Assembly: GCF_041956535.1 (NCBI RefSeq)
Contig: NW_027192197.1
Location: 1,178,341-1,242,340, forward strand
Direction of reading: 5' to 3'
Length of the DNA stretch: 64,000 bases
Source of the DNA: Calcarisporiella thermophila CBS 279.70
Lineage: Eukaryota; Fungi; Calcarisporiellomycota
Shown here: piece after piece, positions 39,100 to 51,313 of the stretch
How the letters are laid out: every line of letters starts with the position of its first letter
Numbering within the stretch: the first letter of the stretch is position 1
Made by a program: the position numbers and the translations under genes
The notes under the pieces: generated by a model
Seen by the model: the letters and a program-made list of their open reading frames with translations, nothing else
The model's database searches: none
What the model was told of the DNA's origin: nothing

Positions 39100-40410
39100 T
39101 TACCCCCCGCGAACAAAATAGCTGGTGAAGTAAAGAACACTCCCGAAAACCCGGAACACTAAATTTCGTATTGAGGCCCACCACCAATTCTCGATGAGTA
39201 GCAATTTCATGGTTTGTAACGATTCACCGACCGCTTTGAATCCATACCCCACCATCTCTTTCTCATACTCCGCAACAGCAAGGATCAAATCTTTCTCCTC
39301 TTTATGAGCTGCGATGATGGCATGCGACAACAGTTGGGAATCTTTCAAAGCCATGTTCGCTCCTATACCCTTGAATGGCGTCATACTATGAATGGCATCA
39401 CCCAAGAGGGTCACGTTGCTCGTCTTCCATGTAGAAACGGGTAGGGATGTGCGGATTGGGAGCGGCGACAATGTTGTAATGTCGGATTCCTTGACTAGAC
39501 GAACTAAATCTGGATTCCAATCCCTGATTTTCTCAAGGACTTCGGCGCGCAATTGCTCGTGTCCGAGTCCCTCGATGTCGTGACCGTGTTTATGAAACGA
39601 ATAATTCTCTCGACGAGAGGTGAAGGCCCAGAAGATATAATCTTTTGTGTTGTCGAATAAAAATCCAAGATCCTTATACTCGCGCTCGTTTCCGCCGATT
39701 TCACCGTCGGCCTGAGTAGGAGCCTGGTTGAATTGTTGCGAGGCCACAAAGAGCATTTCTCCCCGCTTGGATGTCACAATACTAACCCGCTGGAGCATTG
39801 CTTTGGGCAGCCATGCTCTTGTTTCGTCTGTCAGGGGAAGTTTTGCGGCAACCCCTAGTACTCCCGTATCGATACGTTGTGCATGCGGCAGTAGTTGTTG
39901 GCGCACGCGTGAATTGCCACCATCGGCTCCAACTAAAAGATTCCCCGAGGCCCAAGTGCCATCTTCAAAGTAGGCCACCACCGTTCCGTTTTCCTTTTGC
40001 TCGAAGCGCTCGAATCTCTTACCAAATTTCACATGATCTTCTAGTCCTGAGAGGAGAACTTGACGTAGTGTAATTCGGCTCACCGATTTGTGTCCATCGA
40101 TCTTGGCTTCATACCCGGGTTCAGCTTGCAATCTGTGATCCAACATTGGATTAAACTCCTCATCGTAAATGCAAATCCCGCCTCCCGTTTTGCCCGAAGT
40201 CGCAATTAGAGAATTCCATAGTTCGGGTGAAAGCGCCTCATGAAGTGCTGCAGAGCCTTCGGGACCAATGTGAATGCGATAACCTTGCAAGCGATCAGTC
40301 CGGGTACGATCCCGCTCATAGACCGTAAAAGACACTCCCGCCTTTTTGAGAGCCTGGGCAAGGCAGAGGCCTCCCAGACCACCACCGATAATGATTACAT
40401 GAAAAGTCAT
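39100..40410 (-). CDS. FAD-dependent monooxygenase (class A aromatic hydroxylase type), intronless
   Basis: GGGLGG dinucleotide-binding motif, YERD...LQGYRIHI, LVGADGGNS, TLLGDAIHSMTPFKGIGANMALKD. Confidence 0.9.
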   Translation of the reverse strand: MTFHVIIIGGGLGGLCLAQALKKAGVSFTVYERDRTRTDRLQGYRIHIGPEGSAALHEALSPELWNSLIATSGKTGGGICIYDEEFNPMLDHRLQAEPGYEAKIDGHKSVSRITLRQVLLSGLEDHVKFGKRFERFEQKENGTVVAYFEDGTWASGNLLVGADGGNSRVRQQLLPHAQRIDTGVLGVAAKLPLTDETRAWLPKAMLQRVSIVTSKRGEMLFVASQQFNQAPTQADGEIGGNEREYKDLGFLFDNTKDYIFWAFTSRRENYSFHKHGHDIEGLGHEQLRAEVLEKIRDWNPDLVRLVKESDITTLSPLPIRTSLPVSTWKTSNVTLLGDAIHSMTPFKGIGANMALKDSQLLSHAIIAAHKEEKDLILAVAEYEKEMVGYGFKAVGESLQTMKLLLIENWWWASIRNLVFRVFGSVLYFTSYFVRGG

Positions 40411-40749
40411 AGTTGCTTGTTGAAATTGTATATTGAAGGAGGATTGATTTCAAAGAGCAGCTTTTCGTGTTTTTGAGAGCTATATATTGTTCTGACATCT
40501 GGGGTTGGCATATTTCTCTTGGCTCAAAATTTTACCGAGTCTTTAATGAACACCAATCGTTTCCCTGCCAAGATTGATTGCGTCACATGTTTAGGTTAGG
40601 TTTTTCAATTCTACGAATCTCTCTATGAATGTACCCATTGACCCATTATATTGCAATCCAATCCAATGGCTACTATCTATTTTCAGACGGAAATCAAAAA
40701 GGAACAGCTGAGAAATAATGTATTGAAAATAAAAAATTGTTCCGAATTT

Positions 40750-40833
40750 TGGACGCTATGGGGATTGAACCCATGGCCTTTCGCATTTTTGCTATATTGC
40801 AAAGCGAACGTGATACCACTACACCAAACGCCC
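40750..40833 (-). tRNA. tRNA-Ala(TGC) with a 12-nt canonical intron
   Basis: Minus strand reads GGGCGTT TGGTGTAGTGGTATCAC G TTCGC TT-TGC-A [ATATAGCAAAAA] T GCGAA AGGCC ATGGG TTCAATC CCCAT AGCGTCC A. The acceptor stem has the G3:U70 alanine identity pair, and a T-run follows downstream. Confidence 0.93.
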
Positions 40834-41153
40834 ATTTCTGATTCTGCTGTTTGAATAAAATTTATAACTAGCTGAATTTTTTTTAAAAAACCCCAGCAAA
40901 AACCATTTGATATCAACCCTGCATTATTATTTAAGTAATATTATATTTGAGAGTTATTCAATAAGAGTATATCTGTGAATTGAGCCGTTTGATTTTTCTT
41001 TAATTGAATTTCAATAACAAGTTGGCCAACCAATATCAGGCGAATTTGCCACACTAAATCCCCTAGCCTTTTAAAAAATGAACTCCATGGGTTGTAGAGT
41101 GATAAGTAGCAGACAAGAATAAAAATATACACTACCCTTTTTTTTCTTGCAAA

Positions 41154-41558
41154 ATGGTAATTTATAGTGTAACGGTCTTCATCCTTTTTCTCTCTGCTGT
41201 TACAGTATCTGCTGTTCCACAGCAAGATTTTTCACAACACCAATTAACGGAGCATGCAACTGAGGGCTTATATGGTGGTGTGAATGGTTACGAAAATGAG
41301 CTGAGCAAACGTGACGTAAGAATAGGGGGCAATAACATGGTGGAAGGGGATCAGCAGATAGGAATGGTGAAGTATCCTTTTGATGGAGTGGTTGTGAAAA
41401 GCTGCTAACTCAAATACCATTAGAATAAGATTGACAAAGCAGCGAGTAAAGAAAGTGGCTCCGGTAGCTTGAACCAGAATATTCGTAACGAAGAATCAAA
41501 GAGTGCTCCGGCCCAAACTTCCCCGAGTGCGACTCCTTTCATCAATTCACTGTCATGA
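41154..41558 (+). CDS. Small secreted protein A (115 aa) carrying the shared N/Q/G-rich module plus a short S/T/P tail; exons 41154-41366, 41424-41558
   Basis: Signal peptide MVIYSVTVFILFLSAVTVSA; KR site; intron GT 41367, branch GCTAAC, TAG 41423; mature part DVRIGGNNMVEGDQQIGM|NKIDKAASKESGSGSLNQNIRNEESK...SLS*. Confidence 0.8.
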
Positions 41559-43563
41559 ATATCGAAAAGTGCGTAGTTTTTGGGTTCAGCTGTCGAGGTT
41601 ACCTGTCATTGACATTGCTTTGGTGGCATTTTCAGTTACCTCCCTAATATTAGCTAGGACGTGTCGCCATAAATTTTATTATTTCTATCCAGTGCTGTCT
41701 TTGACGTCAAAATAGAACGAACAGCTAATATACATATTCGATAACTCATATCGACCTCTCAAGCTTGAAATTGCTCATTTTAGCATTCTTTATTCATTAT
41801 AAGTAGAATGGGGAGGCAAACTGGATTTGAAGCAACCAAAACATCAAAAATCAAACACGATTATTATACCCATATTGCTTTCTTATGCAGTATACTTGTG
41901 AGCTATTCATGATCGCCTACTATATGTATATTCGGGCATCTTTAATCCTATTGATTCTAGTTGCAATTTATGGCCATGCTAAGCCATGTAGCATATATCA
42001 CGTTAATCAATGATGGTCAATTGTTTTGCATTGGTCGCTCGAACGGCTGGAAAATATTGGACGCGCTAATCTACGAGTATTCTTGTGATTTTCGCGCTCT
42101 GCTGAAAAAAGCTGCGTACATGCTGTAATTGCATATGTACCTTGCTTGGTTATTTAGCTAAAATTATATCTGTTGCACATCTTTGATAGCAGAGGTAAGG
42201 TGGATGGTCGAGATGGCCTCAAATTCTCCAAGTTTGATACATGCATGAACATTGGAGTGATGGCTATGGCTTCGAAATAAATTGGTAACTCGTGCATGTT
42301 GCCCTTTTCTAGTAACTATGCCCGAAGTTTCTGGGGCTTGGAATTGCAGGGGACAAAGCACCCTGACTCTGACCATGACCAGAAAGCACAATGGCTCACT
42401 GAGTCTATTATGAGTTTAAATTGGATATCGCTCCTGTATTCTAAGCATATCAAGTCCTCCCCCATTCTAATTTTCTCATCCTGTCTATCCGATGACCTCA
42501 GCATTGTCACCCCATCTCCGCTAGCAGCAGATCCGAGTAGCAGTTCATTCCGCCCTTACCAGATTCCATTTGCTATAAGCTCATTGTCGGGTGGATTACA
42601 TTAAGTATTAAGATGGTCAAGCATACTACAAAAGGGTTAAGTTAGTAAGATACTACTGGACATACTTTGTACCTTTATTTTACTCTCCACTTTGGCTAAG
42701 CAGTATTCCAGTTATCCAAGTGTAATCTACTGTTGGATAGAGGGAAATTCTCCTTGGAAAAATAATTGAGGTTGGGAAAGGACAGGGTGCCTTAGTATAC
42801 AAGACAGAAGCTTTTTTTTGGGGAGGGGGCTAAAGTTTGTCCATAAATACAAATATTGGCTTAGCGTGCTGTCTTTTATTTCTTGTCAAATTCTAATGCG
42901 TATAAGCTTTTCTCTGGATATGGAAAGCTAGTATCGCCCCTTATCATCACTTAACTTTGAATTAGGTTTAATTCCAATTTGTGCCTCGGAACACAAATTT
43001 CTTGCTCTCATAATGCACGCCTCTTGAGGATAAGCTTTCATATCCCAAAAACCAAAAGGGTGATGTCTCTGCAAATGATCGAGTCAGTGTTGTATAGACG
43101 GCACTTGAAGATAAGTGTCTAAGCGGGTCCCCAAGCGTCTTCGATAGATTGTGCACTACTTCAGCTTTTCCAAGGAAGCAAACGAAGAAGCTTCAGAGAA
43201 CCAATCGTTGACAAGGTACTGATCCGATAGAAACAAGGGAGCTAGCCAAACCAGGGGATTGTATATTGGATATATTCATAGGAATGCTTGTCAGCAGCAA
43301 TATCGAGTCGTCTCTCAGGATAGCCAATAGAAAATGTCGTCCATTAAAGCTCTGTTAGAGAAAAGCAATGAGGAACGTGAAGGGAGGGGGAAGAGAGGAC
43401 GCGAAAAAAATAGAACATGCCAGAGCATAAAAACAATATAAACTGTGTCAAACTCTATGCTTTTTCTTTTAATATATAAATAAAAAGACAAATAAACAAG
43501 CAAATAAATAAAGGGTGTTTATAAACTATACAGCCCGACCGGTATTTTTTTTTTCATCTAGGA

Positions 43564-44314
43564 CTACTCGCGCGTGTACTTTTGGATCACCTCTTTGATC
43601 TCTGGGTCGGATGCATTGGCGAAGGTGTTCAAGAGGAAGGTGCGGTTCAAGAGAGCAAAATCATTGAAGTCGAAGGCAGGGGACGTGGTGGTTCCGATCA
43701 AGGCATAGTCCTCCTTAGCGATCTCGCCCTCGGGATACATGGCAAAGTAGATATTGGTACGAATCAGATGCTGGATCCTGCCCACGCTCGGGTTACTGCT
43801 GAGGCGGATTTTGGTCAAAGTCTGCTGCTTAGGGTCCAGCTCTAGGACAACAAGCGGAACGGTGCCAACATAGTAGTGCAAAAGTTCCTCCGACACGGTA
43901 AGAATGTGGAATGCGGAGAAGTTGGGGACATCCAGGAGGAAATACTACCGTGGAAACGGGTGAGAGGAGGATTTAGGCATGGGCAGAGTTCACAAGAGCG
44001 CGCCGATGTCGCCCATGAGGGAAGGAAATGGGAATACTTACGATGGCGGTGGCAAGATTGCGGACCTTTGGCTTGCCCTCCGCATCATTCACGGCGGTCG
44101 TGGAGGGATCCGGGTAAGTCAGGCTGCTGAGTGAGAAGGTTCTATTGTCGCGGTAGGACTCGGCGTAGAATCCGCCTTCGGGATGCGGGGTCATGTTGTA
44201 GACCTTGGTGAGCTCTTCTACCGTGGGGATTTGCTCATGCAATCGCTGTGCAATTGTTGTGCCCAACATGGCTGAGACGAGGGAAAAGAGAAAGAGGAAT
44301 TTCGCGGCCTTCAT
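43564..44314 (-). CDS. Secreted DUF985/Cupin_5-family cupin (exons 44314-44042, 43944-43564)
   Basis: Signal peptide MKAAKFLFLFSLVSAMLGTTIA; motifs PHPEGGFYAESYR, TAI|YFLL, SAFH, EELLHYY, PAFDFNDF; several N-x-S/T sequons. Confidence 0.8.
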
Positions 44315-45817
44315 GATGAGGGAGGGAGCAAGTCTGGTAAGAGGAGAGTCTGGGTGGCTGTACAAGAACAAACAAGAAGACTTTCGATCTGTGTGGTTAG
44401 GTTTTATAGTGTCGCTTTGTTTGAAGTGGCCCGATTTCAAACTTAATATAGATGCGGGAAGCACCCCGATTGGAGATGGAACAAACGGCTGCCGGACTCG
44501 CGCATATCCCAAACCGAGCTGGGGACGGAATGCGGTGGCAGGTTCCGCGCGGCTTTGGATCGCAAGTCTCCTCCCGCGAGGCCTCGAATGTTTTTGGGGC
44601 CGGTTCAGTATCACCTGGGCAACAACGTTTAAGCGGGAGGGGAGAGGAAGAGGGGAGGGCATCCAAGGTCCTCATGGCGTGAGAATGGCGCCTAGGCCTT
44701 ATGGGGGTGAGTCGATAGCATAAGCATGCTCAAGGCGACTCAGGAGTCCACACCATGGTTACAAATGCACGCGCTTCATAATCCACTTGGATGCTATGGC
44801 TCTGTGTAATGGCTGCTCCACAAAGTTGAGCACAAGCCTTCCAGCTCCTTGCGCCCGGCTGACAAGGAGCCCAAAGCAACTCGGCCCGGGTTTGGAAACG
44901 ATCAAAGCGCTGAGTTTGATTTCGGGGCCGAGCGCCAGAGCTGAACTCTCTTCTCAATAAGCCCTGAGAGCCACACCGCTCACAAGCGATCGGGAGAAAA
45001 ACGAGAGCGCACTCAGCAGGAAGTTTATTTAGGACGCAGGCTTCCAGGAATTTTCCGCCGTCAAAGTCGGTCTGGATTAGGCTCTGATAAATTTGATAGG
45101 GGCTGGCAGGCGTGAGTAGAAGCCCCCTTAGACGGATATGGATTTCGAGGAGGTCGCGTCATACCTCCATGAAATTTTAGGTTGGGTTCACACACAAACC
45201 TAGAATGTTTCAAGCTCTATGTTTTCCTTGGTACAAAACCCCAGGCCTGTTTTTTTCTCTGTTTCATCCCCTTTCGGCAGTTTGTTTTTGTTTGCTATCT
45301 TATAAAGCAAACCACGGGCTCTCGTCAATACAGCAGATTGCTCTCTTTCTTCTCTGCCTCCTTTCTTTATGTTTTGCACAGCTACTTGTTCCCTGTTGTT
45401 TATCGGGTTAATTTTATCCATACACCTAATATAATCACCTCCCAACCGTCTAGTCTTCGATTGCTACAATATCTTTCCTTTTCCTTGACGAGAGCCTGCA
45501 ACCTACTTCGGCTGCTGTTCGCCTTCTTTTTTTTTTTGGGCCGAGGGTAACGTAGCTGGGTGCTCCAGTTGATTTTACCCGTTATTTATACGGACCTTCT
45601 TTAATTTTAGAGCTAGGAAACGATACAAAAATATAATATATATTTTTTTCGGTACCTCTCCCCCACACTGGTGCTCGTCTGTCAAGTGCTATTCTGTAAT
45701 AGTAGCGGTGGATCGCTAGTAGTAATTCGCTTGCGCTTGGTTCCAGTGGCCGGCTATCTCTTTATCCTTATATCTCTGTACATCACTAGCTGTTATTAAC
45801 ATAATCATTACGTAGCC

Positions 45818-47086
45818 ATGGGATCACCGACAGATTCCGCTACAAGCAGCTTTGCCCTGACGAACGAGGAGGCTGGCATCATCATGGCAATGGCCAAACC
45901 ACTTAACGTGGTTGCAATCAGCTCAGCCTCGCTCGTCGTTGCTTTTCTACTGATGCTTCGATTCACGAATCCTCAGATAACTAATCGAGTGTCGTTGCGG
46001 TTGGCTTTCTCGATCTCATTGGTGGACATCATATATCACTCGGGCCAACTTCTCGGGCTCACTAACAACAACGGCACTTCGTTCTTCTGTGGCTTCGGTG
46101 TGTGGATCTTTCTCTTTACCTCGCTCTTAGCAACCTTCCTCACCACCATGATCGCCGTCAACCTGCAGCTTGTCATTGTCCACCACAAGTATAGAACACG
46201 CCAGCTCGAAAAATGGTACTACATCATCTCCGTGCTTGCCGCTCTAGCCATCTCTTTACCCCCCTACTTTACCGGCTATCTTGGATACAACGCCGCAGAG
46301 AAGACGTGCTGGTTTGTCGGGCACGATACTCACGCCTTCCTTGTGCAGATCTTCATCTACTTGTTCTGGATCTATTTATGCGTCATCATCTGCATCGTCG
46401 CGGTCTCACTCGTGATTTACCAGCTCCTAAAAGCCCGCAATACGCTGCAAGAAATCCAAGGCATGGCTGGGAATGCATCCGGCGTCAGTCATAAAAGCGT
46501 CACCGTCACCAACCCAGTCTCCGAGAAGGTGTCACGCTGTGTGCGGCGCATCATTCTCTATCCAGTCGTGCCTATATTTGTGCAAACCCTAGTGTTGGCC
46601 TCCGAGGCCCAGATTTACGCCGAAAAACACATCCTCTTCTGGTTATTTGTGGTGTCATATATCGGAACAAGTTCCCAGGGATTGATCAACGCTATTATAT
46701 TCTTCGGCTTTGACCCCGTGATTCTCTCGGTGTTTGACTCTGTCAAGCTTGGGTGGTCCTCTTCTCGGCGTAAAAAGAAGGCCTTTTTCAGTTCGAGCGA
46801 CACTGGCGACTATAGGTCACGTAATTCTGGAAAATTCACGCAAATTCTAGATACAAGTGTGGAAGGAGACGAAAATTCAGATGGTGACGGCCTGCACGCT
46901 ACTTATATTCAGATGAATGAGAGCAGCCAATTTACCCAACCTGGTTTCCCACACGCAGGGAATGTCTACCATCAGCAGTCGCCGTCGGGGAATCGGCGAC
47001 CGGCTTCAGAAGCATGGCAGTCTGGTGTTCCTAGGAGCTCGGAGGATGGCTCCCTCAACTCGGAAAAACTTGTACGGCTACTTTAG
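45818..47086 (+). CDS. 7-TM G-protein-coupled receptor, cAMP-receptor-like/Git3-related
   Basis: Seven hydrophobic segments; RVSLRL, IAVNLQL, LEKWYY, GYN...CW, RIILYPVVP, SQGLINAIIF...DP; S-rich cytosolic tail. Confidence 0.85.
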   Translation: MGSPTDSATSSFALTNEEAGIIMAMAKPLNVVAISSASLVVAFLLMLRFTNPQITNRVSLRLAFSISLVDIIYHSGQLLGLTNNNGTSFFCGFGVWIFLFTSLLATFLTTMIAVNLQLVIVHHKYRTRQLEKWYYIISVLAALAISLPPYFTGYLGYNAAEKTCWFVGHDTHAFLVQIFIYLFWIYLCVIICIVAVSLVIYQLLKARNTLQEIQGMAGNASGVSHKSVTVTNPVSEKVSRCVRRIILYPVVPIFVQTLVLASEAQIYAEKHILFWLFVVSYIGTSSQGLINAIIFFGFDPVILSVFDSVKLGWSSSRRKKKAFFSSSDTGDYRSRNSGKFTQILDTSVEGDENSDGDGLHATYIQMNESSQFTQPGFPHAGNVYHQQSPSGNRRPASEAWQSGVPRSSEDGSLNSEKLVRLL

Positions 47087-49892
47087 GTAACTACAATCTA
47101 TGTCATAGGTTTTGTTTGGAGAGTTGATTAAGCCTTCGTTCCCCTCCTGTCCTAAATAATAGATTGTCTCATGGTGTTCCCTATATACCATATATCTTCC
47201 TGTGAAGTACTGGTTAAAAAAATTGTCAGGGGGCCTATGAAAATGTTTTATTTATCCTTGTCAATAATAGTGTGTAAATATTGAATACATAGATTCACAT
47301 CTACTCCTCATTTAGCTTATATCATTTCGATACTTGGGGTTAACCATTTTGATGTGATTCGAAAACTCTTTTATTAAGTCTTTCTGTTTATCACTTTAGC
47401 TTATCTTATTGTTATTATTTTTCCCTCAATAATTATGATGTTTATCTGAGGGGGAGAATTCCCCTTGAAATCCTGCGATAATTTTTTGACTACCTACTAG
47501 AATCAAATTCTCAAACAAATCAAGTATTCCGCTGGATTTAATTGGACAAAGCCCTCCTCTAAACCCTCAAATCCAATTCAGTATTCTATAAACACATCAA
47601 TCTAACAAAAACATCTGTTGAAATTATACGAGAACAAGATCTCCTGCTGGAGTTGCACTAAACTCATGAGAAGTGTAGCAATTAAAAAATATGGCACTTA
47701 TTTTAAAACATTTTCCGTCACAAAGAACATGAAGCTATACATTTATTCAGGTTCATTTATTTTTATTCTCTTCACCTATTACTTTTGTCGCAATACCTGA
47801 TGCACTTGTGGTGATGTACTCAGCAATACTTGCAATAATCTGGGGTAAAATACTCGCAAGCATTATATAATTAAAGGTAAGTATAATTCGGATTACAATT
47901 AAAATAAGATCGCTCGTTATTTCGAACGATCTCATCACGTTTTGTAGTCTATTCTTTGGAGAAACGAAGGCAGATTGTGGAGTCAATGTTTCCGTGAATA
48001 AGCAAGATCCAGCTTACTACAATGTTATTTGGTTAAATTTTGAACTTCAATTACCCATCACAACATTGCCAGCCAGAAAGCATGCACCTCTCCTGCTGTA
48101 AGTGCAATTGGTTTCTCACCCCTAAAAAATCGATTCGGATTCCCAGTGGTTTCTCTGTCAAGGCTGATATATTCTCCGTCGAATCAGTAAAATGCTTGAT
48201 AAAGTTCCCAAGTTTGAATGCACGTATAGCTAGACCAAGCGTGAGAGCTTCATCAGTCCTTGCACACCAATTCATGAGATTTAGTATTCATTTTGAATAT
48301 CTATATGCATCAAAATGCATACTCAGCAATCGGAATGGTTAATTGCCAAGCTATGCTTATATTTAATCACTTTTCTAGAGGACGCCTTGCTTCGAAAGCA
48401 GGGCTGAAAGCCTAAGCTCTTTGATCACATCACCAGAGTTGAACCATGATCATAAAAGGAGGAGGATAATTGTAAGAAAATTTAATTTTAATGACATATA
48501 ACATGCACTTCTTCATATGCATTCTAATTTAATTCAGTTTAAAAGCATTCATCCATAGTATGGATGTCTTGATATACTCTACTCACAGATGGGCTACTGG
48601 TCTTGCACGCACTACATCCAATTCTCTAAGGCTCCTGGATATTGTTTGATGTTCAATATACGGGTTAAAGTTGACTAATAATATTAATTTACCTTTTTTA
48701 TCCACATTTCTGTTTGGTTGGATACTTGATAGATACATTTTGATGCATTTGAAAGATGCTAAAAAAATCATGCGATGATATCGCAGCCATAAAGGAGATA
48801 TCAATTATTAAAGAAGAGGGGAATTACCTACGGAATTAAGGTACTGTATATCAAAAGGATGTATCCGATTTCTGAATATCAAGTGGGGGTCCTAGTTAGC
48901 CTCTACCAAGTTCACTGGTTTCAAAGGGGTCTCACTTTTGATTTTTAAAAAGAGGTTGATTAAAGAACAGTCTTTTTGCTTCATGTATCAAAAGTTTATT
49001 AAAATCGTAACATTATATTGCTATTAAATGATTTAGAACTTGGGAAGTTGATTTTCCTTTTACTGTCGCAAAAAGTTTTTTTTTCAGCTGTAGAACAAAC
49101 AACCTATTTGGAAAGTATGGGTTTGACAAAGCTGATGTATCAAATACGCCAAATACTTTTGCAAATCTACAGGATATTAAGAAAGTCAGCTTATAATAGT
49201 GCCATATTTTTCTTGGCAATACTTTGCAAAATCATAAATGGTAATGTTAGTGGTAATGGTAATTATAGAGGGCAAACGCAAATACCAGTTTAATTGCGAA
49301 TTGGTAAAGTATTAGCTAGATTTTTTTTTTCTTGGTGTAGAATATCAGGAGATGTATTAGGAGTAGAATTCAAGGAGAAATCTCAATTTTGAATATCCCT
49401 ACAATCTAGGCAGTGACGCAATACTAATAAACTTCTTTCATTTTTAATACAAAATGCTGCAGTTTAAAGGCAATAAATACAATTTGATCTAATAACATCT
49501 TAAACATTATTTTTTTTAAAGATATTTTTAGTAGTAAAACCTTTTAAATTCAGTTGAGACATGGTTTAGATTTCCGATAGTTTTTTCCAGGTATTTGAAA
49601 TTTAAGACGATCAGTCTTGCCTAGAGTTTTGCTGAGACCCCCCTAAAATTTTTTAAGGTTTTCCATCGTGAGAAACTGTTTCTTATGAGCTGACATATGA
49701 ATTTCCAAGAAATTTGATAATTTTCTCATTCGTCACCTCAATAACATAAGCATTTTACAAAGTTTTTGAGAGTATTTGCCAGTTTTTAAGATTCATGCTA
49801 AGAGTTTAGCTTTCGTAAATTATATAAACCTCCAATTTCTCGTCAATTAACGATTAAGTCCAATTCAATTTAACTCTACACTTTATCTAATC

Positions 49893-50873
49893 ATGAAGAT
49901 CTGCACACTAATTTCTTTGGCTACCCTTTATTTCGTGACTTTCTTCGATGCCGCGAACTTTGTTCAAGCTAACCGTATCCTTGTAGAGCGACAAATTAAA
50001 ATCAATGGAAATAACAGTGTTGAAGGAAATCAACAAATTGGAGAGGTAACTTTTTTTGGAAAAAATTCTCCAACTCATGAGTTGTTTAACTGTGTTTGAA
50101 CGAATGATTAGAACAATATTACAAACTCAACTAATAGTGGAGACAATAGTGGTTCTTTGAATCAGAATATCAATGCGGGAAATGTTGATGAAGATGCGGA
50201 AGGGGGCGGAGATGAGGTATCAAACCAAGCATCAAATCAGACTCAAGTTAGGTCGACTGGAGACACTTATAGGAATTTTGCAGCACTAATGGAAGCATGC
50301 AAACAAGACAACACTATTAAGTACTCCATTGACGCACAGGAAAGAGGAGGGAATATGATTGTTCTGGGTATCCACGGTGGAAATATTGAATTGGGAACGT
50401 CCGAAATAGTTAGAGCCATTGCAAATTATGCAGATAAGCCGCAGCTACCATACTATTTGTTTGAGTCCCATGTCTCACCGAGTAACAACCAAAGGAGATA
50501 TAATTTACATATAACGTCAACACGTTTTGACGAACCTAATGCGATCGAAATGACCACTAGGAAAACTACTGTCATCTCTATCCACGGCGCAGCTAACGAA
50601 ACTAATATCGTATATATGGGAGGATTAGATGAAGATTTGAGCAGGAAAGTCGGAGGTCAGTTAAGAAACGCAAATCTCAGTTTCAAGTTTGAGGTCAACT
50701 TCAACCCACCACGTGGGTTGACTGGGAAAGAGCCGAACAATATCGTGAACAAGGGTCGGACTAGAAAAGGCACACAGCTGGAAATAACCCGGGGGATGCG
50801 AAGAAGGCTTACTCGGAATCCTACGGATCTTTCGAAATTTGCATTGGCAATTAGAAAGGCTTTAGACCAATAG
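49893..50873 (+). CDS. Secreted protein B (304 aa): shared N/Q/G-rich module fused to a poly-gamma-glutamate hydrolase domain (PghP/DUF867 family); exons 49893-50045, 50112-50873
   Basis: Signal peptide; ER site; QIKINGNNSVEGNQQIGE|NNITNSTNSGDNSGSLNQNI; acidic linker; then DTYRNFAAL, IHGGNIELGTSE, LHITSTRFDEP, ISIHG, YMGGLD, GKEPNNIVN, GTQLEIT. TATATAAA at 49821. Confidence 0.88.
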
Positions 50874-51118
50874 TAGCTTTGTATCCTCGAATTACTGTTC
50901 ATTATGAAATTATAAAGAGTAAATAGGATAATTAATCGAACCATAATTTGTTGTTTGCTAATTAAATTGTAGGAATAATATAAAAAATAAAATTTTAAAC
51001 ATGAATAGTATCCCTTAGTCTAACTCAAAGTTACTGGATTATCATAAAATTTTTAAATATAGTATTGTATTTACCTATAAATATGGTAAAACCATTAAAA
51101 TTTTCTCAGTGAAAACAA

Positions 51119-51313
51119 ATAGATAACATATGGAAGTAAAAGGATTGAGAGCTTTAGCGATTCCCGAGATAGTTTTTAAATTTTAACGTATTTTTTCGTA
51201 CTTTTATTACAGTATATTGGGAGAAGTTTACAAATTATAGTAATATTGTAGGAAAATTATAGGAAAACGCGAACGTTCTCAATCCCTTCTATATGCTCCT
51301 ACACGTTATCTAT
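51119..51313. repeat. Degenerate ~195-bp fold-back (MITE-like) element
   Basis: Left end atagataac...ggattgaga...ttagcgattcc mirrors the reverse complement of the right end (atagataac...ggattgaga...ttcgcgttttcc) with mismatches and indels. Confidence 0.4.

Noticed and set aside
43973-44662. 229-aa ORF as the full cupin gene
   Set aside because: The upstream part is promoter/UTR read-through. The signal-peptide ATG at 44314 and the intron at 44041-43945 give the coherent protein.
47600-48800. Short ORFs or a possible pseudogene (similar fragments at 42164-42604, 61850-62350 and 63124-63679)
   Set aside because: They are fragmentary with stops in all frames and no motif I can identify. They may be decayed genes or transposons but cannot be supported by eye.
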